A stretch of 64,000 bases of DNA, from NCBI RefSeq assembly GCF_018977255.1, contig NW_024704746.1, positions 18,600,001 to 18,664,000 on the forward strand. Direction: 5' to 3'. Origin of the DNA: Callorhinchus milii. Lineage: Eukaryota. Made by a program: the position numbers and the translations under genes. The stretch's first letter is position 1. Each line of letters opens with the position of its first letter. The notes under the pieces were generated by a model that saw only the letters and a list, made by a program, of their open reading frames with translations, made no database searches and had not been told where the DNA came from. Shown in pieces: positions 50,353 through 64,000 of this stretch.

Positions 50353-50681
50353 GTGGAGTCCCGGAGCTCAGTGGTGAGAGCGTTCGCTTTGCGAGCGAGG
50401 GACCCGGGGTTCAATCCCCGGCAGGTCAGGGCCAAACCTCGGGCAAGTTTCCTTACTCCACACAGAGCCTAATAATAATCCCTCCAAAAACCCCAAACGA
50501 TAATAAATGGGGCATTTTCAATCTACGGCTGTCTGTGGGACGTTGCTGCGCGCAATTGGCTGCCGCGTTCGCCCACAAATATGCAGTCAATTCACTTTAC
50601 AGTGTGTTCTGTGAAGCGCTTTGGGACGTCCTCTCGACCTGAAAAGCGCGATATCAAATGCAAGGATTGTTGTTGTTGTTG
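50353..50681 (+). mobile_element. tRNA-headed SINE, full length, CpG-rich, at the edge of the EVI5 island
   Basis: A box AGCTCAGTGG, B box GGTTCAATCC, family body, (TTG)n tail; possible short GTACT target duplication. Confidence 0.92.
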
Positions 50682-52792
50682 TACTACAGCACAAGCACAG
50701 CACAGCGGGCACTGTTTTGCACCGATCCTGAGCCATTGCTTTCCCTTTCCACACATCCAGCAAAGCACACACGTTAAATATATAGCTTGAGAACCACCCA
50801 GTGTTAGATCTGAAAATGCGGAGTATGATATCAGAAAAGCACAGATTTCAACCGAATCTTACGAGGTGCCTAACTGACCATTCCATGTGTGACAACATTT
50901 TTTTTACCGACTGAATAGCCTTTCCATCTGGGCTCAGCAACATAGAATATGTGCTACATATTCTGGAGCGGTGTTTTAGGAAGGTCTTTTAGGAGAGAAT
51001 TAACCTTTATATATAAGAGAGAGGTTTTAATACATTTTCTGTTTGAGTGGATGATTCTTATTTGTTTTGAGAATAGGAAACGAAGAAGAAATTTGTGCTA
51101 AATAAACTAAGCGTTTAGTTGAAGTACACACAGCTACTCTCAAACGTTCTGCCAAATACACTTAGCAGAGACTGCAGTTTGTCTGGATGCTAAAAGCAAA
51201 TAATTGCATTACACAGTTCCCCAATAATACTTTATTTTGCTTAAAAGCTTAATGCTGTGGCATTACTATTGCCAATGTGAGCAAAAACATAAGCTTTCCT
51301 TGTATTTTCTTATCCAAATTTGTACCAAAGTTTTTGATTAGAAAGGTAATTTAAAAACACAATTCAAATCCTAATGTTAACTTGGCCTTCTCCAAATATT
51401 CAATTGACTTTTCACAAACCCTATTTAAAGCTAATAAAGTAAATGGTTGTTACTTATTTACAGTGAGGTAGAATTCGATTCAGTTGTCTAACATAATGTT
51501 GGTACAACGTTTGGTTGGAAAGAATCAAATATGAATTCAATTCTAAAGTGAATTTCATTGCATACATTCAATTCAAGAGGATATTTGTAGATTAAACTTT
51601 TCACAATGGATGACATGAAGCTGCTTGTTGAGCAATTGGACCCTTGGGGGTCAGTGACATGCTGTGCATATTCTGAGAGGAAACAAATGAAAGTAAGGAA
51701 CACCCTCTTTCCCCATAGAAGGATAGAAGAATAGGATGGAGCCATTAACTACTTTAATATCCTAAGAGACATTCAGCAGTCGCTCTTGAAATTTGCTAGA
51801 TTTCTATTTCACTAATGGGTCCAATTTTCAATTTGTTCTTCCAGCTTTGTGTAGCTTGGGAGGGGCGGTGAGGATGATTAATGTTGGGACATGTATGAAA
51901 AAATGAGATGAGAGAAGAAAAACAGAATGAAAGACGTGTAATGGAAGCATTGTTTAATAACACCTTTAATATCTTTAACCTTTCGGCCACATAATGTACA
52001 GTCAATTCACTCTACAGTATATTCTGTGAAGCGCTTTGAGATGTCTCGAAGATCTGATAAAGCACTACATCAAATGCAAGGATTATTGTTATTAATATAC
52101 TCTGTTTTATAAATAAGCGCTTCCCAAACTGTGAACAAAGAAATGCATCTGATAGTATGCTATTGGGCCTCGCTGTCAAAGGTTCAATCTCTGTTCTACC
52201 TAGATAATTTCTGCTGGGATACACAAAGTTTTGTAAAACCCTATGCTGATTTCAGTGAAACTATGAATCTAGTGTGGCGTTGGATCTATTGCTAATCAAA
52301 TGCTGAGCCAAGGCAACAGCGGACTTCAGCACTGACGTTTGTCCTATTTTGCTCAATTCCAAGTCCTATGGTCTGCAGTAAATACTATTGATCTCATATT
52401 TCAGTTGTTCTCGGTTAAAGATTACGGTTGAATCGGTCCACATAAAGGTGAAAATGTGTTTTTAGAGATGAATGAGCAATTAAGCCAGGGCGCAGTAAGT
52501 GCTCCTCTTACTGGCTGTGTAATGAAATGGCACAAACACCAAATTGCATTGAAAATTAAGTAAAAAATATTTTTCTACAGGTTATCAGAAAAACTCAAGT
52601 GGAGAACAAATTGAACCAAAAAAAACCTATAAAAATTCCCACAGACTGTAAATATATGTTTGTTAGAATTGAGCATTAAGACACTTAAGTTACACAATGC
52701 ACTGAAGAATGGGTAAGAAAAGTGTACAATAGAAAACAGGCAGAAGGGAAGTGAACTTTTGAAATATTGGTAGGTTGTCTTTCCTTGCCTCC

Positions 52793-52977
52793 GTCAAGAC
52801 CTGTCTAAAGACCCTCCTCTTTGACTGTGCCTTCGATCACCCTCTTTCACCCTCTGCCCTCCACCCTCCCCAATCCTGACCCCCAGCTTGGGTCTGCAAC
52901 ACTGATTGTCCAGCACCTTGGGATGTCCTCCCGATGTGAAGTGAGCTATACAAATATAAATTTGTTGTTGTTGTTGT
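52793..52977 (+). mobile_element. L2-clade LINE 3' end
   Basis: AAGACCCTCCTCTTTGAC.., tail CAGCACCTTGGGATGTCCTCCCGATGTGAA..(TTG)n. Confidence 0.85.
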
Positions 52978-53589
52978 GTCATCCCAGCATGTTTGAGAAG
53001 CTTGCAGCACATAATTACCATTGAAGCAAACACATGATCCGGATTTCAGAGGATGTAGAAATTGTTCTGAGTACATGGTCATTCATCTGATTATCTGATA
53101 AATTACAACTTGTAATTTATATAGAACCCTTCACATGGGGTAGCATCCCAGAGCACTGATTACCACATCACCAGAGTAGGGACTCATGCAAGCATGTATG
53201 ATATCCACCCTAGAAATATACAACAGGAAAATAAAAGTTTAAAGGAAGTACTTTTCCCTCGGTCTCAAATCTGGATTATATATTTACTAAAGTCTATTTT
53301 TGTACTATCTTAGTAACGATAGGATATGGGCAACAATGTAAGGATGCAACACAAACTTTACAGAATTACTTAGAACATTCATTACACACAAGAGGTGAAG
53401 ACTGTATTATTTGAATCATGTTTCTGACAGCAGGATTTAGTGATGACAATATTCATTTCTTTACAGTGAGCATTAAAATAAATCACCCAAAAACGGACTG
53501 AAATAAACATAAGGATACAGAAGGATGCCTGACATGTAACAAAAGAGTGTCCCGAAAATGTATGTAAGGTATGTATGTAAGGTATGTAT

Positions 53590-53842
53590 GTAAAATATGC
53601 GTGTACGGTGCATATCGGGACGCCTTCTGAAAGCGGGAAGTGAACCTTATCAGGGTGTGTGCAGATGTGCACACGGGGAACTTCCAACTGTGTTGAAGGG
53701 AGCATTCCCCAAAAACGTGTGCATGACCTGCATGCGGTGAAGGAATGTACAGTAAACAACAGAATTTTTTTTATCGGGATAGCGGGAAAAAATTATAACA
53801 GAAGATGTTGTAGGTTGTGTTTGTTTTGGATTTCTGTTGTAG
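53590..53842. repeat. Dispersed repeat, probably a DNA-transposon fragment; inverted copy at 14635-14795
   Basis: 14635 ACAACAGAAATCCAAAACAAACACATCTTCTGTTACAATTTTTCCC..CCCGATA is the reverse complement of 53773-53840. Confidence 0.75.
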
Positions 53843-55635
53843 CAAATATATTTATAAATAAATATATATTTTCAAAAAAAATTAAAATAAATAATTAGAA
53901 CTTATTTTTCCCCCAAATGCTGTTATTTTCTGTGATTTCTTAGCACAGGTTGTTGCAAGGCTTCCCAGTGAGTACCATTAATTTTTTCAGTTAAAACCGC
54001 AAGAACTTACTGAGTTGAGAGAGTTAGATTATACAGTATTCATTTCTCTCTGCCCACGAATCACACTGAGAACTGACAAAACCCATTTGAGTGATGGAGG
54101 TGAATCTGATTGAAAGAGACTTCAGTCCTGAAGATATTGCCTTTGGGGTGAACAGTCAGGTCATTTGCCTGTTTGTTTACCCAAGTGACTAATGGGCAGC
54201 AAATGTTATTGATTCATTTATTTCCTTCGCTTAACTCCTGCACTTTCAGGCCATTTACTACAACTGCCTGATCTCCAATTATCAGAACAGCAGGGTGATT
54301 TGGGCTGAAGATATCTCCACAACGATCACCAGTGGCACTAACTAAATAATCACAATGATGTGGAAAAAATTTAAGGTGGTTATTTTGCCCAGCCCCAGGG
54401 AATTCCCTTCTATATGACACTTCTGCTGGAAGCCCTGGTCACAAAACATTTGGACTTACCCTAACCAAGATAAAACACAAGAGATGTGCCATCACTGAAA
54501 CTGGAATTTGTGGCTTTCTAGTGAGAAGTGAATACTTAACTGCCTGAATTACTTCACTGCTTTCTGGTTGTTATTATGTTTAGCAATCCAAAATACAGCA
54601 CTTATTTGCAAATAAGGCCTAGCTGTTGAGAATCAAATGAATATTAATGAGTATAAAACCAAGTACTGACTGAAAATCATGTGCAATAATCTTGCTGGAG
54701 CTCAGAGAAAATAAAATGCAGCATATTGATGCACTGATCTAGTGCACACTGTATATTAGAGTTAACAACAACAACTTAGATTTATATAGCGCCCTCCACG
54801 CCGGACGGCGTCTCAGAGCTCTTTAAACTCAACTTTAAACCTAACTCAAACAGGAACAATATTGAACCTAATAGAACGAGAGTACATAGAACCATATGCA
54901 GAATTGTGCCTTTTTTAAAATCGAATTACATCCTATGAATGTAATAATTCATGGTCAGGTTGCAATTCTTGAAATGTAATCGGATATATTTGACCCATAA
55001 ATCACACTTAGACACTTAATTCTATAGGTGGAACAACAGTGTGGTGAAAGTCGACTTCTATAATCACATAAATTATCTGTGAGACAAATTTCACACTGCT
55101 GCAGGAATACAACAACAACAAAATTACATTTGTAAAGCGTCTTCCACGTCGGGAGGACGTCCCAAGGCGCTGGACAGTTTCGCACTGTCCCAGTAATCTG
55201 GGAATACCCGGTAATCTGCTCTGAATGCAGTTGGCCTCCTGTTACAGTGATGCATTATCTGAATGCATGCTTAATTAATCGGATGCGTTTAAAACATTTA
55301 CATAAGAACATAAGAATTGCTAAACGAAAGAAGACCAAGGCCCATCCAGTTACCTTCCATCATCCTGGCAGTCATATTTACATGTCATGTCCCAAACTAT
55401 AAACTGTATCCCAAGATATTATTTCCTAAAAGAAATATATCTAATTTGTTTTTGAAAGAATCAAGTTTTTTTTTGCAAACGGATTGAGTCTTTTCAATAA
55501 AACAACAACTTGTATTTATAATAGCAAGTCCTTTGGTGTCAGTGTCCCAGAGCGCTTTTCATGAGTCTTTTCAATGTAATGTAACTGATTTGCAATCAGC
55601 TGTATTGGTCCAGGAGATAATGGCACAGTGGTTAT

Positions 55636-55950
55636 TAATAATAATAATAATAATCCTTGCATTTGATGTAGTGCCTTATTATCGAGACGTCGCAAAGAGC
55701 TTTAGCCGAGTGAATTGACTGTATATTTTGTGGGCGATATTTTGTGTATATTTCGCACCCCCCCCCCAAAAAGTATACAGTCAAGTCACTTTACAGTGTA
55801 TCCCGTGAAGCGCTTTGAGACGTCTCGAAGAAGTGATGAGGCGCCACATCAAATGCAAGGATTGTTATTATTATTATTATAACAAGATTTTGCGGGCGCA
55901 ACGCAGCAGCCAATCGCTCGCGCCGCGCAGAGGTTGTCCCACAAAGAGTG
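55636..55950. mobile_element. Nested inverted SINE 3' fragments: a minus-strand copy interrupted by a plus-strand tail at ~55770-55880
   Basis: TAATCCTTGCATTTGATGT at ~55651 is the reverse complement of ACATCAAATGCAAGGATT at ~55846; the minus copy resumes at ~55888 (GCAGCAGCCAAT...GTCCCACAAA). Confidence 0.8.
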
Positions 55951-56036
55951 GCGGTGGGGTGGTGCGGAGGTGGTGGGGGGGCGTGGGGTGAGAGGAGGGG
56001 GTGTTAATTGCGGTGTGATTGTTTTGTTTCATTTCG

Positions 56037-56384
56037 TGGAGTCCTGCAGCTCAGTGGTTAGAGCACTCGCTTTGCAAGCGAGAGACCTGAGTTCAATTCC
56101 AGGCAGAGGGCCAAACCTCGGGCAAGTTTCCTTACTCCACACAGAGCCTAATAATAATCCCTCCAAAAACCCCCCAAAAAACAATAATAAATTGGTCGTT
56201 TCCAATCCACGACTGTTTGTGGGGACATTGCTGTGCGCAATTGGCTGCCGCGTTTCGCCCACAAACATACAGTCAATTCACTTTACAGTGTGTCCCGTGA
56301 AGCGCTTTGGGACGTCCTCCCGACGTGAAAAGCGCTCTATCACATGCGAGGATTATTATTATTATCATTATTATTATTATTATT
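56037..56384 (+). mobile_element. tRNA-headed SINE, full length, at the edge of the RPL5 island
   Basis: A box AGCTCAGTGG, B box AGTTCAATTC, family body, long (TTA)n tail. Confidence 0.93.
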
Positions 56385-56590
56385 TGTTGAATGTGTCAGG
56401 TCGGACTTGGACGGCGGGGTGGGAGGCGGCGCTGTTGCGGGCGCTGTCGATCAGACCGTCGCAGGTTGGCTGCTGCCGAACGTTGCATCGAAGGCCAACC
56501 AACCAACACACACACACACACGCCCCGCCCCCTCGACCCACTCGACCCCTCCCCCACCCTCTACGTTTCGCACATGCGCACCATGTTCGG

Positions 56591-56671
56591 CCTTTTCCCG
56601 GTTGAGGCCCGGTCCGCCTGCCCGAGAAAGTCGCCTGGGTCCCGGGTGACGGCGGGTCAAAGCCCCCCGAA

Positions 56672-56674
<3 letters not shown>
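56591..56674 (+). CDS. RPL5: RPL5 exon 1: 5'TOP UTR plus the initiator ATG only (56672-56674)
   Basis: GG-CCTTTTCCC start; GAAATG|gtcagt donor; ATG-only first coding exon is the vertebrate arrangement. Confidence 0.85.
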
Positions 56675-63241
<6,567 letters not shown>

Positions 63242-64000
63242 GTAGAGTGGATGGATTTTTCATTTAACTGTTGAACTTCATAAAAGTGCTTGTCAAAAGT
63301 ATTTCCATCATTAGCCCAAAAGAATGGCTTGTTATCTGGAATAAAAGGGAATTTCTTGGGAGTAGAATATGCTATGATGTATTTTGCTTTTTGCAGTTTA
63401 TAGGTATCACCCACTGTATTTATAAAGCATGGAATAAGAAAAGTTACCACTTATTCAACCAAATTCATTCCTTCCACTTGAGAAGTTTGATTTATATAAT
63501 GTTTCCCGGATCATTTCTCCAAAAAGGCCTCAGCTTCCTTTGGAGAATTGAACAATGGGTAAACCTCAAATGTTCAAGTATATTTTATGCCACTATAGAT
63601 CAATGAGGCCATGATCCTGTTGAAGACTTTGCCTCTTTGACGTTCAGTAAAATGATGTGGGGATAGTTTCTGCTCATTTAACTTGCCTATATATGTGTAT
63701 ATATATATATATATATGGTTTATCTGGTGTGATTTACCAGATACTGTAGTTAAGATCAGTTTTGTTTCCTGCAACGTGGAGGATCACCCTGATCTTGCCT
63801 TGCTAAATTGGTTCTCTTCCGCTAGATCCCAATAGGGAATAGCACTAGGGAAACAGATTTCAGTATGTATGTTAATATTTACAGTTAATTAAATGCTCAT
63901 TTAATAGTCCCCTGACAGTACATGGGTTGGAAATGGCATGAATACATGGAAATTTAGACTGTGATGCTTCCAGACTAATATTGTCCCAGTCAAGTTGTCA

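Noticed and set aside
48847-50642. Many overlapping ORFs up to 240 aa on both strands
   Set aside because: Low-complexity G/P/R-rich translations of a CpG island, microsatellites and a SINE; no recognisable domain
56037-56112. tRNA-like cloverleaf with TTGCAA loop (also at 50353, 32490 and others) as real tRNA genes
   Set aside because: Each continues into the same SINE body and tail, so these are SINE heads
49900-56600. Shared bidirectional promoter for EVI5 and RPL5
   Set aside because: There are two separate CpG islands ~6.7 kb apart with AT-rich, repeat-filled DNA between them

Overview
This is vertebrate genomic DNA, AT-rich with spliceosomal introns. The repeat content suggests a cartilaginous fish, most plausibly a chimaera such as Callorhinchus (inference). 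Two divergently transcribed genes occupy the window. EVI5 (TBC-domain Rab GAP with a coiled-coil tail) is on the minus strand, with 18 coding exons from 36827 down to 1810, a probable non-coding first exon in a CpG island near 49.7-49.9 kb, and its last exon left of the window. RPL5 (uL18) is on the plus strand, with a 5'TOP first exon at ~56591-56674, coding exons 2-7 ending at 63241, and exon 8 right of the window. Introns hold many tRNA-headed SINEs, Deu-domain SINEs, L2 and CR1 3' fragments, MITE-like pieces and a tRNA-Gly pseudogene. Almost all ORFs in the supplied track are exon read-throughs, repeat fragments or noise. I see no convincing wholly new multi-gene system. The best leads are: (1) a decayed SNORD21/U21 relic at the canonical position in RPL5 intron 5, possibly with a decayed SNORA66; (2) an unexplained conserved 27-codon N-terminal extension of EVI5, with overlapping uORFs, a splice-created GUG start and a candidate alternative coding first exon; (3) two perfect intronic hairpins; (4) a composite CORE-like/Deu/L2-tail SINE; (5) a GC-AG intron in RPL5. 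All homology statements come from recalled reference sequences, not from searches.
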